Shown piece after piece: positions 15,601-30,600 of a DNA stretch of 64,000 nt. The notes below the pieces were generated by a model. That model saw only the letters and a program-made list of their open reading frames with translations, searched no databases and was not told the DNA's origin. Location of the stretch: positions 72,591,757 through 72,655,756 of the forward strand of contig NC_090380.1 in assembly GCF_036365525.1 (NCBI RefSeq), in the 5' to 3' direction. How positions within the stretch are numbered: the first letter of the stretch is position 1; every line of letters starts with the position of its first letter. The position numbers and the translations under genes were made by a program. Origin of the DNA: Heterodontus francisci (taxonomy: Eukaryota).

Positions 15601-18600
15601 AAAACTGCACTGATTGGTGTGACAGCAGACGTAACAGCACCAAAGTGATCAGTGGACCTCTTTCATCGTTCATTCTACCTGATCTCCCAGAAATAGTCTG
15701 TTCCAACCTGGATGTGAACTATAAATGAATGAAAAAGTTGATTGATTATTCCCTTCTTAGGTATTGAAGTAGGTATTGAAATATTCCTCAAATAAAAGCT
15801 GTATTCCATTTAACAAGCTATTGCTCGGCTCCCCCTCGGATTAACCTGAGGCTATTATATCTGACTATAGTTTTTGAGACGTTTTACCTGTATGCCAACA
15901 TTATTTTTTTTAATTGGTCATAACTTAATGTGCACAAATATGCATATGTGCTGTTAATTATTTACATTCTTTTAAAATTATTTTATACAAAAAAGTGATC
16001 ATATTTTTCACACGTACTGGTTAAAACGGTTACCTTTGATACATTTTCAGTTGTCAAGTTTTATTAATTCCAATGCTGTAAATGTTATTGTAATGTGGAG
16101 AGTGAAATTTCCCCTTTAGCCTCAATTAGCTTCATCATTCCACTAAGATGTCTGTTTTGCTCCACTGAACTAGAACATATTGATGAAATGTTTTGTCAGC
16201 CCAAGCAAAAGTTATCATTCTCTACTGACAGTCACTTAAAGAGACATGCAGCCCTCGGGTTCCTAGATGCACTTTGTTTATCCATCATATGCGGAACTGT
16301 TTCATGACCTTTCCTCTCCATAGGTCAACCTTGCAGTCATATTTGAAGAGACATGAGGGCAAAGATTACAAACCAGATTCATCACAGTGTGCTGATAACC
16401 CTTTCAACAGAGGTAAAAAAAAATTAAATATTACCCACTCAGTTTAGATAAAATTCTGCATATATTAATTTGCAGTAAAATAGAAAATGTTAGAGATGCA
16501 CAGTAGATAGGTCAGAGTCTAAGGATCTGTATGTAAAAATCAGGTTAACTTTTCCCTTTGCAGACACTGGACCTATATATTTTTAGAACTTTCTGTTTTT
16601 AATTACCTTTTCATGGAATCGTAGAATAATATGGCATCGAAGGAGGCCATTCAGCTCATCACGCCTCTGCTGGCTCTTTGGAAGAACTATCCAATTAGTT
16701 CCACTCTCCTGCTTTTTCTCCATAAGCCTGAAAAGTTTTCCCCTTCAAATATTTATGCAGTTCTCTTTCAAAAGTTATGACTGAATTTGCTTCCACCACC
16801 CTTCCCCACCAGCCCCCCCCCACTCCCCCTTTCAGGCAGTGCATTCCAGATCATAACTCGTGCGTTTATATAAAAAAAAAACCCTAATCTCACCTCCTGG
16901 TTCTTTTGCTAATTACCTTAAATCTCTGTCCTCTGGTTACAGACCCGATCGCCACTAGAATCTGTTTCTCCTTATTTACTCATTCATGATTTTGAATATC
17001 TCTATTAAATCTCTTTTTATCCTTCTCTATTCTGAGAAGATCCACCCCAGTTTCTCTAGTCTGTTCTTAATGAAGTCCCTCATTCCCTGGTGCCATCCCG
17101 TAAATCTCCTCTGCACCCTCTCTAATGCCTTGACAACCTTCCTAAAGTGTGGTGCCTAGAATTGGCCTCGATACTCCAGTTGGGGCCTAACCAGTAATTT
17201 ATAAAAGGTCAGCATAACCTCCTTGCTTTTGTACTCCTGCGGGCTGGAATTTATGCACTGTTGGGAGGCGGATTTTCGGGCGGGGGTGGGTGCCGGAGGT
17301 TCGGTGCAGATTCATCCACCACGGAACCTGACGCTGTAAATCCGGATTCCAATTTTCATGGAATTTCACCGCCTTCTAGCGGGCACCTCTGCTACGAAGT
17401 GAAGGGATTGTAGTTTAAATATGTTAAATACGTTTTTACAAGCATTAGTATATAATTCGCCAAGATCCTACCAGGCGTTCGCGATCTTTCTGCATGATGT
17501 GCGACATCCACGTGCCTTTACTTTCCTGTCTTTGAAAAGCTGGTGCCACCAAGGCGGGTGTCCTCATTGCCTGCAAAGGTTAATTAAGTTATGCGTTGTA
17601 ATCTTCATGCATTTTTTCCACATTGGGCATTGCCACTAAGTTCAATCTGCAGATGTGAGGGAAGAGAGTACTGTGGGGGGCATGGAGGAAGGGGGAAGCT
17701 CTGCAAGTGGGTATTGGGGGGAGAGGGGTGGAGCTCTGCAAGTGGGTTTCTGTGGGGGTGGGTGGGGCAGGATTGAACTCTTCAATCCAACATCAGGAGA
17801 CAATGTAAATGGCATCGCCAGTGCCACCCCGCCACATGACGGCCGACAACATCACAGCGGGTCTGCCGCCATGAGCGGCGGAGGGATAACAAAATCCAGG
17901 CCTGCATCTGTTTATAAAGCCAAGGATCCAGTTGCTTTTTTATCAATCTTCTTAACTTGTCCTGCCACCTTCAAAGACTTGTGTATATACACCCTCCGAT
18001 CTCTGTTCCTACACCCCCTTTAAAATTGTACAATTTTCATTTATATTGCCTTTCCTCATTCTTCCAAATTGCATCACTTCTGTACATTCACTTGCATCTG
18101 CTCATTTCACTGATCTGTCTTTGTCTTTACTGTTCACTACCTTTCTGAGTTTGGTGCCATCTGCAAACTTAAATGCTCATTAGATTGTGTTGATGAAAAA
18201 GCCTTTGTTACTGTAGTAACATTTTGTTTCTATGGCGCTGTGTCCAAGTTTAGCTTTTGATGTGTTTTGGATGGATGAGAAATTACAAAACGCTATTGAA
18301 GGACAATTTTGATGTCGACTTGTATAATCCTTCAAGGAGTATGTGGAAATGGTCATGTGACTGATCAACTTGAAAGATTTTAGTTACATTTTTAAATTGT
18401 GTGAACTTTCCTGGATGTCATTACCTAGGTAATGAAATATTTACTATTCATCAACTTATTAGCATCCATTGTTGTTAGGTCAGATTTAGGACAGTATTTA
18501 TTAAAGATCAAATTACTCCGCATAATATTGCTACTTTAAGAAATCAATCACTTGTGCCAAAGTATTTTTATGTTTTTAGCGCATGCTATTTTTGTCATGG

Positions 18601-21600
18601 ATGCTGAGTGATACTATCAATTTGTGCAAAATTACAAGCAGTATTATACTTTTGGACCTGTGACTTCTGCGATCTGAGTTAAGACTGCCTTTGTTTTTTT
18701 TTTGTAACCTGGGGGCCCTTACATCAAAAAGAGGAAATGTCACTCTGGTGTATTCAAGTCCAAGTTCCAGAGGTGCGAATGATGTGGTGAACTATTGCAC
18801 CGCCGGTATATAATTTAAAAGTTCCCTATTAAGAACACATCCTGCTGGAATTATTGGGCTGGATTTTCCCTCAGGACACCACCATCAGGCCCAAATGAGG
18901 TCCTGAGCCCACACTTGCCTCAACATCGAGGCGCCATCGGAGAACTGTATTTAAAGCTAAAAGTATTAAGGCTAAAGTGTGGGGCCCCTCCGTGGGAATC
19001 GTTCAGGTTGTGAGTGTGACCTCTTTGGTGATTGGAGCCTCTGGCTCTGCTGGTCCCCCCTGGGCTGCTGCATGGAGATGGCAGCCTCCACATGTGGCAG
19101 GTCCTGCTCTGCTGGCAGCAAAATGCCAGCGTTCCTGCAAAATCAGACGTAATTGGGTCTGTAATCAGCTTAATTAGCTGCCTGCCACCATGATGCAGGC
19201 AGCCAATCTGAGTCTCCACCCACCCACAGGAAGCCTCCCCTGTGGTAGGAATACGTTGGGGAGCCATCCTGACATGTTTCCTATTTTCCCGCAAACCCCG
19301 CCTTCAAGTCCGCCCATTGCATAAGGTCTCTGTCAGAAAGAAGTGGATCTGGCTTTGTCCAGCTATTACTAAATCGATCTAGGATTAGTATTACTTTTAT
19401 TCTTGATGCTAATTTTGATGCTTCAAGCCTAATTTTCCTTTTATCTTTGTTGCTAACTTTATTCCTTTTGCCTGACGTTCATGGTCTAATTTGTGTAACA
19501 AACAATGTGTGTCTTTAGAAATTAAAAGTTTTATACATGTGCCAATGTGGAAATCAAATTGTAACTATTCAATCTATTTTTTTTTAAAAATAAAAAACTA
19601 TTTGAATTTTGTTTTCTGTTTTCATTCAGTAGCTCGAGAGTTTGGTATTGGGTCTGGCAGTGGTAGTCTTTCCTCTGTCCAGAAGGCTTCTCACACATCA
19701 AGCACAGTCCACATCTTATCCTTGTTGCTCAGGCTTCGACAATGCTGCTGTCACCTCTCCCTGCTGAAGACGGTAAGAAATGAAAACCATACAAAAGAAT
19801 GAGCAAATCAACAAATGCCATCTTTAAAATTACGAATATTCACAATGCAAACATTTAAGGTTGGACTGCAAAATAAAACATCGAATTTTGCAACTTTGTG
19901 ACCAGAGTGCAGGTGGGAAAATCCTAATAAAGTTTAGGCTTTACTTCGTGATACTTGGAGAGCTCTGATGGAAGATCTGAATATTGTTCCATTTGGTAAT
20001 TGAATTTTCCTTTATGTAACATACTGCTGGGAGACCAAACTTCAGACTACTTTGATCCAATGAACATCCCTTTTATGGTGACATAATGATGGTTAAAAGA
20101 TGGTCATTTTTCCCATCAGCCAATCAGGTTTGCTTAGTAGAGAAAAAAAAAGCACAGAAGCAAATACACATGGTGAAGACCATTTGGTCCACCTAGCTAG
20201 TCTCTTCCACAAAAGAAATCAGCAGCTGCAGCGACCAATTTATTTTGGTTATTTTTCTATTTTTTAAGTGACTTTTGTCTTGAATTACAGGCTCTCAGTC
20301 AAACTGAGATGGAATCTGAGGGCATCACCCTCTCACTGGAGGAGCAGCTGAGCGCATTATCATTGTCAGAGGTCACAACCTCTGACACCAAACCAACTGT
20401 TACCCTGAATGGTACCAGCTTCAAAGCAAACCTATTTGAGAAAACGAGGAAGAGCACTAAGGTATATTCAATTGTTTGAGCATTGAATTGTGAAATTATT
20501 TCATTCTAAATGGAATTTGAGCACACTATACAATTTTTAGAAACATTTTGCTGAGTTTATTACCAAAAGACAAACCAAACAAAGGAGAAAAAAAAGAGTG
20601 ACATTGCAATCGAGAGAGAGCGAAGAAATAGAAAGTAGGCAGTGATGAGTATACCAGTAAGGTTTTGATTTAATTTAATTTAATCTAAATTAATCAACTA
20701 TAAAATAAGACTTAATTTGATTCATTTAAATAAAAACTAAAGCCGATTTTATAATTTAGCATATATTAAAATAAGTGCTCAATTAATCATTCAGATATGG
20801 GGATAAAGTTTTAAAAAATAAAAGGAGATAGGAACAGTAAAGAAATCTGAATTTTTCAGTATATTATAGTCCAAGGTTTTTAGATAATAGTTAAGCAAAA
20901 ACATTTTTATTCGCCTCCCTATAAAATAAAGTGACTTAAGCACTGGAAAAGCAGCTGATTGGTGAGTCTTTTATTTAAGCAGTAAGTCTAATAGAGGCAT
21001 GACAGGGCAGACTGGACCCAGGGAGTGCACATCCTGTTCCATGTGGGAACTCTGGGATGATTCTCATGTCCTGGACAATCACGTTCAGCAAATGCTGCAG
21101 CAGCTCAAGTTCCCGGTCTTAGAGTTTCAACAGCAACTGGCGTTACTTTGGCATATCTGTGAGGCTGAGAGATTCTTGGATAGCAAGTTTGTAGATGTGG
21201 TCACCCTGCAGTTTAAGGGTATGCATGCAGAGAGAATGGTTGGCCACCAGACAGTCAAGAAAGACTAGGTAGGGAGTGCAGGAGTCCCCTGAGCGCACTT
21301 CACTCACAAACCAGTATTCCATTCTGAATACTGGTGAGAGTGATGATTCCCCTGGGGTGTGCAGCCAGAGTCTAGACCACAGCACCATGGCTGGCTCAGC
21401 TGTAACAGGGGCCAGGAGGAAGATTGGAAAAACAATGTTGATAGGGAATTCGATCGTTAGGGGAACAGACAGGCATTTCTGCGGCCTCTGACGTGAATCC
21501 AGGATGGTATGTTTCCTCCCTGGTGCCAGAGTCAAGGATGTCACTGAGCGGCTGCAGAGCACTCTGGGGCAGGGTGAGTGTTGGTCTGGGGGGTGGGTGA

Positions 21601-24600
21601 AAAGCCAGTGGTCCATTTTGATACCAATGACATAGGTAGAAAGAGGGATGAGGTCCTGCAGGCAGAGTTTAGGGAATTAGGAAAGAAACTAGTAAGCAGG
21701 ACCTCAAAGATAGTAACTTCCAGATTACTCCCAGTACTACACGCAAGTGAGTATAGAAATAGGAGGACAGTGTAGATGAATGCATGGCTGGAGAGATGAC
21801 GCAGGAGGAGGGCTTTGGATTCCTTGGACATTGGGACCAGCTCTGGGGGAGATGGGACCTGTACAGGCTGGATGGGTTGCCGCCGAACAGAATCGGCACC
21901 GTTGTCCTTGTGGGGTAATTTGCCAGTACTATCGGAGAGGGTTTAAACTAACTTAGCAGGTGGTAATATTTATTGCAGTGGAAAACCAAGGTGCACAGAG
22001 AATTGGGAGGGTCAGATGGCACTAGAATAGGAAATAGTAAGATATTAGATGGGGGTCAGAGTAAGAAGGAATGTAATATAGTCTAAAATAAGTTTACTGT
22101 GCATGAATATTAATGTGCGGAGTGTCGTAAATAAAGTTGGTGAGCTGCAGGCGCAGATAGCCATGTGGAAATATGATTTGGCTATAACAGAGACCTGGCT
22201 CAAAAAGGGCAGGGCTGGCTACTAAATATTCCTAGATACAAGGTGTTCAGGAAAGATAGGGAAGGAAGGAAAGGAGTAGCGGTAGCTTATTGATTAAGGA
22301 GAAAGAGGATTTCCTAAAGGGGTCAAGGGCAGAATCTGTTTGGTTACAGGTATGTTACTGGGTGTATTCTATAGGCCACCAACTCGGAGAAAAGATATAG
22401 TGGAACAAATTTGTAAGGAAGTTACTGAGAGGTGCAAGAATTATAGAGTAGTTATAATGGGGGACTTCAATTATCCCAATATAGACTGGGATAATAGTGT
22501 AAAGGCCGGAGAGGGGGAATAGTTTCAGGAGAACTTTCTACATCAGTATGTTTCTAGTCCGGTGAGGAAGGAGGCAATACTGGATCTGGTTCTGGGGCAT
22601 GAGGTGGGTTAGTTGAATCAAGTATCTGTAGGGGAAAATTTAGGGGGCAGTGACCATAGTATTATAAGATTTAGGTTAGCTGTGGAAAAGGACAAGGAAC
22701 AATCCAGAGTGAAGATAATTAATTGGGGAAGGGCCAACTTCAATGGAGTGAGAATGGACCTGGTCCAAGTAAATTGAAATTAAAGATTGGCAGGCAAAAC
22801 TGTAACTTTAAAGAGGAGATAGTGTGAGCGCCGACCAGGTACATTCCAACAGGGCGGAAAAGTAGGGCAAACGGATCCAGAGCTCGCTGGGTGATGAAAG
22901 ACATAGAGAGTAAGATGAAGCAGAAAAAAGGTGCATATTCACTCCCTTCACCACCAACACACAGTGGCAGCAGTGTGTACCATCTACAAGATGCACTGCA
23001 GCAATGCATCAAGGCTCCTTAGACAGCACTTTCCAAACCCACTACCTCTACCACCTAGACGGACAAGGGCAGCAGATGCATGGGACCACTGCCACCTGCA
23101 AGCTCCCCTCCAAGCCACACACCATCCTGACTTGGAACTATATCACCATTCCTTCACTGTTGCTGGGTCAAAGTCCTGGAAGTCCCTTCCTAACAGCACT
23201 ATCGGTGTATCTACCCCACGTGGACTGCAGCGGTTCAAGAAGGCGGCTCACCACCACCTTCTCAAGGGCAATTAGGGATGGACAATAAATGCTGTCCGAG
23301 CCAGCAATGCCCACATCCCAAGAACGAATTTTTTAAAATGACAAATGGCAGGTGGATAATACAATTGAGAACCTGGCTGAATATAGAAGGTTCAAAGGGG
23401 AAGTGAAAAAACAAGTAAGAGAAGCAAAGTGAGAGTATGAGAAGAGACTAGCAGCTAACATAAAAGGGATTTGAAAAGTCTTCTATAGGCATATAAATAA
23501 TAAAAAGGTGATAAAAGGAGCATTGGGGGTCAATTAGGGACCTAAAAGGGGATTTATGTATGGAGGCAGGGGGAATGGCTGAGGTACTAAATGAGTGCTT
23601 TGCAACTGTTTGTACGAAGGAAAGTGATGCTTCCCAAGTCATGGTGAAAGAGAAGGTAGTTGAGACACTGGATGGGCTAAAAAATTGATAAAGAGGAGGA
23701 ATTAAATAGGCTGCCTATAGTTGAAGTTGATAAGGTACTAAGACCGGATGAGATACAACCAGGGATACTGAGGGAAGTAAGGATGGAAATTGCGGAGGGA
23801 CTGGCCATAATCTTCCAATCCTCCCTTTATATAAAGGGATGGTGCCAGAGGACTGAAGAATTGCAAATGTTACACCCTTGTTCAAAAAAGGGTGTAAGGA
23901 CAAGCCCAACAACTACAGGCCAGTCAGTTTAACCTCAGTGGTGGGAAAGCTTTTAGAAATAATAATTCGGGACAAAATTAACAGTCACTTGGATAAATGT
24001 GGATTAATTAAGTAAAGCCACCATGGATTTGTTAAGAGCAAATCGTGTTTAACTAACGTGTTTGAGTTTTTTGATGAGATAACAGAGAGGGTTGATGGAA
24101 GTAATGCGGTTGATGTGGTACATGGACTTCCAAAAGGCATTTGATAACAGGCTTGTCAGCAAAGTTAGAGCCCATGGAATAAAAGGGACAGTGGGAGCAT
24201 GAATACGAAGTTGGCTGAGTGACCGGAAACAGTAGTTGTGAATGATTGGTTGTTTTTCGGATTGAAAAATGTTATAGAGTGGGGTTTCCTGGAGGTCGGT
24301 GTTAGGACCTCTGCTTTTCTTGATTTATAGTTATGACCTAGACTTGGGTGTACAGGGCACAATTTCAAAATTTACAGTTGATACAGAACTTGTAAGTATT
24401 GTGAACTGTGAGAAGAATAGTGATACACTTCAAAAGGACATAGGCAGGCTTGTGGTATGAGCAGACAAGTAGCAGGTGAAATTTAAAGCAGAAAAGTGTA
24501 AAGTGATTCATTTTCATAGGAAGAACGAGCAGAAGCAATATAAATTAAAGGGTACAATTCAATTCTAAAGTGGGTGCAGGAGCAGAGGAACCTTGGGGTA

Positions 24601-27600
24601 TATTGTAAGGATTTACCTCCTACTGGTACAGGATCGTATGTGACAATAAAAGTTCAGTTATGGATCAACTTTCTTGCAAGAAAGGCTGAGCAAACTTCTA
24701 CATCTAAGCTAAATTTCAGGCAGTGATTTACAGAACAACATGAGGTATATCCTGTGTTGAAGCTGGATGGAGGAGCACACTTTTCCTGTTTTAGTCTTTT
24801 GGTTCTTGTCTTTTGTCTTTGATTTCTTTTCTGCTGTACCGAGTCAGAGGTTGCCTTCTTATGCTGACTCTTTTCTAGCTGATTCCCCTAAGGTTGCCAA
24901 CTGGAATTGTTCCCATACATTCCACCATACAATCATACAGTTCTTGTCCGAATCATATACGAGTTCACATAAACAACACTCACCTGTGCATAGTGCACAT
25001 ACACTCTTCTATAATAGTTCACAACTTCTGCAGTTTACATTGATTCACCTTACTTGATATCCTGTTTTTGCAGTTGCGTTGCATTTGTGGCTTACTTGTC
25101 CTCCTGCTCGATTGTGCCTTTCTGTACATATACCTTTCACACTAGGCCACATCTTGCATGGGCATCCTTATTCTTCTGTCTCTTTTGGCATTGTGGTTTC
25201 ATTGTCTGGTCTATCAGTTATATATCATATTCACGGTTATAACCTCAATCTAGCAGTTCATTATAAGCAATGCAGCTGCTTATGCAGTTCAAAAGTTTTA
25301 ACTCGATCACGGATCACCAGTACTTCCCTAAAAATCATTAAAGTGCCAGCACAACAGGTTTTTAATAGTTTCTGCCCAGACTTGCGGTTTAAATTCTAAA
25401 ATGTCCCTCAAGCAGCTGCACTTCTAAAATCACATAGGTTAGATACTGATTAAAAAGAATCACTTGTAATCTAATTAATTATGGTAACCTTACAGATAAA
25501 CCAACAATATGTGCACAAATCATTGAAGGTTGCAGGGCAGGTTGAGAAAGCATATGTATCCTGGACTTTATAAATGGGCATAGAGTACAAGAACAAGGAA
25601 ATTATAAAACACTGGTTCGGCCTTAACTGGAATATTGTGTCCAATTCTGGGCACCACATTTTAGGAAGGATGTGAAGGCATTAGAGAAGGTGCAGAAAAA
25701 ATTCACAAGAATGGTTCCAGGAATGAGGAACTTCAGGTTGGAGAAGCTGGGGCTGTTCTACTTGGAGAGAGAAGATTGAGAGGAGATTTGATGGAGGAGT
25801 TTAAAATTATGATGGCTCTGGGCAGATTAGACAGAGAGAAACTGTTCCCATTGTAAAAGGGTCCAGAACCAGAGGACACAGTGGCGCAGTGGTTAGCACC
25901 GCAGCCTCACAGCTCCAGCGACCCGGGTTCAATTCTGGGTACTGCCTGTGTGGAGTTTGCAAGTTCTCCCTGTGTCTGCATGGGTTTCCTCCAGGTGCTC
26001 CGGTTTCCTTCCACATGCCAAAGACTTGCAGGTTGATAGGTTAATTAGCCATTATAAATTGCCCCTAGTGTAGGTAGGTGGTAGGGAAATATAGGGACAG
26101 GTGGGGATGTGGTAGGAATATGGGATTAGTGTAGGATTAGTATAAATGGGTGGTTGATGGTCAGCACAGACTCGGTTGGCCGAAGGGCCTGTTTCAGTGC
26201 TGTATCTCTAAACTAAACCAATTTAAGGTGATTGACAAAAAAAAAGCAGTGGCAACATGAAAAACGTTTTTATGCAGCGAGTGTTTCACATCGTGAATGC
26301 ACTGTCTGAGAGTGTGGTGGAGGCAGATTCAATCGAGGGGGTAATGTGCAAGAGGTTGGAATTAGAGGAATATGGAATTGTACTGCTGAAGAAGGTTACA
26401 CTGATAGAGAGGAGTGAGGCCATAATGGATTTAAATACAGAGGTGGGATGCGAATTTTAAATTTGAGGTGTTGGTTGACCAGGATCCAGTATATATCATT
26501 GAGGATGCTGGTTGGCCAGCAGCATACGGGCATCAGAGTTTAGAATGAGCTGAAGTTTCTGGAAGTTGGGAAGGTAGCCGGGAAAGCTTTGGGGTAATTG
26601 AGTCTGGAGGTGACAAAGACTTGTATGAGGGATTAAGCAGAAGATGAACTGAGGTTGGGATGAAATGGATGCTGTTAGAGGTGGGAGAAAGTGATTTTTG
26701 TGATGGAGAAAAGATGGGCTAGAAACTCACCTAGGGGTCATAGATTTTGCCAAGATTGCAGTCTGGTTCTGCCTGACATGCTGGTCAGGGAAGGGGAGGA
26801 AGTCCGTGGGAACGGTATGGAGTTAGTGGTGGGTACCAATTTGTAGCTACAGGACCTCTTGGTTCATCCAAGAGAGGATGCTGGATAAGCAGAGGTGGGG
26901 GAGAGGTAGAGAATACGTGTGGAAGGTGACCCATGTCTGCAGATGATGGCACATCACGAAGCGGCATGTACACAAGAAAGTAAATGGGAATAAGGATAGA
27001 TCCTTGGGGATACCTGAAGGTAACAGGAGTGGGAAGGCAAACTATTGCTAGAAATGCTCTGGCGACAGTTAGTAAATAAGGAACAATTTACTCTGTGCTT
27101 GTTTACAGCTCAAACGTAAAGCCTTAAAGGATGCATACTATAAATTATTTTTATCCATAAAATAATTAATGACTTGTTGAAGTTGCTAACTGTGAGCCAT
27201 AAACGTATTGGCCAAATAATCTGTTTACTTCAATTCTGCCCTGACGTTCTATTCCTTTTGTTACCAGATCACTGCACTGTTAGAGGAACTAAAAGCAATA
27301 CGAAGTAGCCTGGAACCACAAAAAAGGTACGTTCTTCAGAAAGCTTCATTTTTCAGGAAATCGTTTAGATAATGCGAAGATGTTTTCTCCAAGTAAAGTA
27401 AAAGCTATGCATCTTTTGTGTCTTTTCATAAAGCACTACTGCTGTGGAAATATTAATGAGCATAGACGATCTGAAATTACACACTGTAATTTGCATTAGT
27501 AAGTAGGAACTAATGCTTGCCAGTGCTCGGCAGACCTGAATCGCTATAAAATGCAGCGTCAGCTCATTTGAACATCTACTGGTGGTTCACGTGTAAAATC

Positions 27601-30600
27601 CCTGACTATGCTGGGGATTTTTGGAAATTAGAGTGCAGCTTTTTAAAAACCATGTCTGGCCAAAGATTGTAACAGCGGAACAAGAGGAGTATCAGTTTAG
27701 TAGGAAAGTACTTGGCTCCATGAATTCATAGTCATACAGCACAGAAACATGCCCTTCGGCCCATCGTGTCTGTGCCTGCCATCAAGCATCTACCTATTCT
27801 AATCCCATTTTCCAGCACTTGGCCTGTAGCCTTGTATGCTATGGCCTTTCAAGTGCTCATCTAAATACTTCTTAAATGTTGTGAGGTTCCTGCCTCTACT
27901 ATCTCTTCAGGCATTGGGTTCCAGATTCCAACCCCATCTGGGTGAAAAAAATGTTCCTCAAATCCCCTCTAAACCTCTTGCCCCTTACCTTAAATCTATG
28001 CCCCCTGGTTATTGACCCTTCCGCTAAGAGAAAATGTTTCTTCCTATCTAATCTATCAATGCCCCTCATAATTTTGTAAACCTCAATCATGTCCCCCCCC
28101 CTCAGCCTTCTCTGCTGTAAGGAAAACAACCCTAGCCTATCCAATCTCTCTTCATAGCTGAAATGCTGCAGCCAGGCAACATTCTGGTGAATTTCCTCTG
28201 CACCCTCTGCAATCACATCCTTCCTATAGTGTGGTGCCCAGAAGTGTACACAGTACTCTAGCTGTGGCCTAACTAGCGTTTTATACAGCTCCATCATAAC
28301 CTCCCTGCTCTTGTATCCTATGCCTCGGCTAATAAAGGCAAGTATCCCATATGCCTTCCTAACCACCTTATCTACCTGTGCTGCTGCCTTCAGTGATCTA
28401 TGGACAAGTACACCAAGGTCCCTCTGACCTTCTGTACTTCCTAGGGTCCTACCATCCATTGTATATTCCCTTGCCTTGTTAGTCCTCCCAAAATGCATCA
28501 CCTCACACTTCTCAGGATTAAATTCCATTTGCCACTGCTCCGCCCATTTTACCAGCCCATCTATATCGTCCTGTAATCTAAGTCTTTCCTCCTCACTATT
28601 TACAACACCACCAATTTTCGTGTCATCTGCGAACTTACTGATCATACCTCCTATATTCACGTCTAAATCTTTAATGTACACTATAAACAGCAAGGGTCCG
28701 AGAACCGATCCCCGCGTACGCCACTGGTCACAGGCTTCCACTCGCAGAAACAACCCTCGACCATCACCCTCTGCCTCCTGCCACTAAGTCATTTTTGGAT
28801 CCTGTTTGCCAAATTGCTCTGGATCCCCATGGGCTCTTACCTTCTTAACCAATCTCCCATGTGGGACCTTATCAAAACCTTACTGAAGTCCATGTAGACT
28901 GCATCAACTGCTTTACCCTCATCTACACATCTAGTCACCTCCTCGAAAAATTCAATCAAGTTAGTTAGACACGATCTCCCCCTGACAAAGCCATGCTGAC
29001 TATCCCTGATTAATCCCTGCCTCTCCAAGTGGAGATTAATCCTGTCACTCAGAATTTTTTCCAATGGTTTCCCAACCACTGATATTAGACTCACCGGCCT
29101 GTAATTACTTGGTTTATCCTTGCTACCCTTGAATAATGGTACCACACTCACTGTCCTCCAGTCCTCTGGTACCTCTCCCGTGGCCAGAGAGGATTTGAAA
29201 GTTTGTGTCAGAGCCCCTGCTATCTCCTCCCTTGTCTCACATAACAGCCTGGGATACATCTCATCCGGGCCTGGGGATTTATCCACTTTTAAGCCCACTT
29301 AAGCAGCTAATACTTCGTCCCTTTCAATATTAATATGTTCAAGTATATCACAATCCCCCTCCCTGATCTCTACACCTACATCGTCCTTCTCCATGGTGAA
29401 CACAGATGAAAAGTAATCATTTAAAACCTCACCTATCTCCTGCGGCTCCATTCACAGATTGCCATTTTGGTCCCTAATGGGCCCTACTCTTTCCCTGCTT
29501 ATCCTCTTGCCCTTAATATACTTATAAAATGCCTTAGGCTCTTATTTTATCTTGCCCGCCAGTGTTTTTTCATGTCCCCTCTTCGCTGTCCTAATTACTT
29601 TTTTAAGTACCCCTCTACACTTTCTATACTCCTCTAGGGCCTCCGCTGTTTTCAGCCATAAGCCTCCCTTTTTTTTCCTGATCCAGTCCTCTATATCCCT
29701 TGACATCCAGGGTTCCCTGGACTTGGTCCTACCCTTCACCTTAACGGGTACATGTTGGCTCTGACCTCTCTCACTATTTCCTCTTTGAATGACTCCCACT
29801 GGTCTGATGTAGACTTTCCTACAAGTAGATGCTCCCAGTCCACTTTGGCCAGATCCTGTTTTATCATACTGAAATTGGCCTTCTCCCAATTCAGTACCTT
29901 TATTTCCGGTTCATCTTTGCCCTTTTCCATAACTACCTTAAATCTTAGAGTTATGGTCACTATCCCCGAAATGCTCCCGCACTGACACTTCTACCACTTT
30001 TGCAGCTTCATTCCCTAGGATTAGGTCCAGTACTGCCCCTTCTCTTGTCGGACTTTCTACGTCCTGGCTCAAAAAACTCTCCTGTATGCATTTTAAGAAT
30101 TCCGGCCCCTTTAAGCCATTTACACTAAGACTGTCACAGTTGATATTAGGGAAGTTGAAATCCCCTACTATTATTACACTATTACTTTTATACCTCTCTG
30201 AGATTTACCTACGTACCTGCTCCTCTATCTCTCCCTGACTGTTGGAGGCCTGTTAGTTCACTCCCAGCCAAGTTTGCCCCATTTTTGTTTTTAAGTTCGA
30301 TCCATATGGCCTCATTTGAGGAACCTTCTAAGGTATCATCCCTCCTTACTGCAGTAATTGGTTCCTTGATCAACAGTGCAATGCCACCTCCTCTTTTATT
30401 CCCTCCCCTGTCACGCCTGAAGATTCAATACCCTGGAATATTGAGCTGCCAGTCCTGCCCCTCCCTCAATCATGTCTCTGATAGCAATAATATCATAATC
30501 CCATGTGCTAATCAATGCCCTCAATTCATCTGCTTTACTTGGTTACTCCTTGCATTAAAATAGATGCAATCCAGCCTTGCATTTTTCTTCTTCTTTGTCT

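Larger units (their letters stand above)
20990..26340 (+). mobile_element. Near-full-length decayed CR1 LINE with nested insertions
   Basis: ORF1 (CTSCSMWEL; IGNSIVRG and HFDTNDIG esterase-like motifs), endonuclease ([15 protein letters not shown]), RT fragments. Confidence 0.85.

Noticed and set aside
25876-25945. tRNA-like sequences with A and B boxes (also 49771 and 54650-54720)
   Set aside because: These are SINE heads continuing into V-core and LINE-derived tails, not tRNA genes.
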